Source of the DNA: Oopsacas minuta
Taxonomy: Eukaryota; Animalia; Porifera
NCBI GenBank assembly: GCA_024704765.1
Contig: JAKMXF010000009.1
Span: 1-64,000, forward strand
Direction: 5' to 3'
Length of the DNA stretch: 64,000 nt
The position numbers were made by a program, and so were the translations under genes. Shown piece after piece: positions 63,913 through 64,000 of the stretch. The notes beneath the pieces are model-generated. The model was given only the letters and a program-made list of their open reading frames with translations. It was not told the DNA's origin and did no database searches. Numbering within the stretch: the first letter of the stretch is position 1; every line of letters starts with the position of its first letter.

Positions 63913-64000
63913 GTATCAATACTTGCTTTTTGAATGATATAACCTTTCCATAAGTATATCCTATAGAATGTTAAAATAGTCAAGAGAAGCAATGAATCAA

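Overview
AT-rich eukaryotic (animal) genomic DNA with GT-AG introns, intron-poor housekeeping genes and dense DNA-transposon debris. The many decayed NHL-propeller genes suggest a sponge-like invertebrate, but that is inference and the taxon is not determined. Recognisable host genes: LIG4 (minus, 2 exons, one frameshift), a centlein-like coiled-coil gene (minus) whose ~7.7-kb intron appears to hold an intronless same-strand NAPRT and a Tc1 element, SMC6 (minus, 2 exons, intact) and MPP10 (plus, in-frame TAG plus a C-terminal frameshift). There are also two intact divergent beta-propeller ORFs, two NHL-repeat pseudogenes and an orphan myristoylation-motif ORF. The most notable object is a 3.3-kb RAG1-like/Transib transposon at 59680-62972. 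It keeps the D-D-E and Zn-binding residues and an NBD-like segment, is bounded by RSS-like ends (CACAGTG/CATAGTG heptamers, a conserved block at 9- vs 18-nt spacing), and has no recognisable RAG2-like gene. Remnants or MITEs of Tc1/mariner, hAT, PIF/Harbinger, Merlin, MULE, Ginger-like and Helitron-like elements are also present. All protein assignments come from remembered family motifs; no searches were run.
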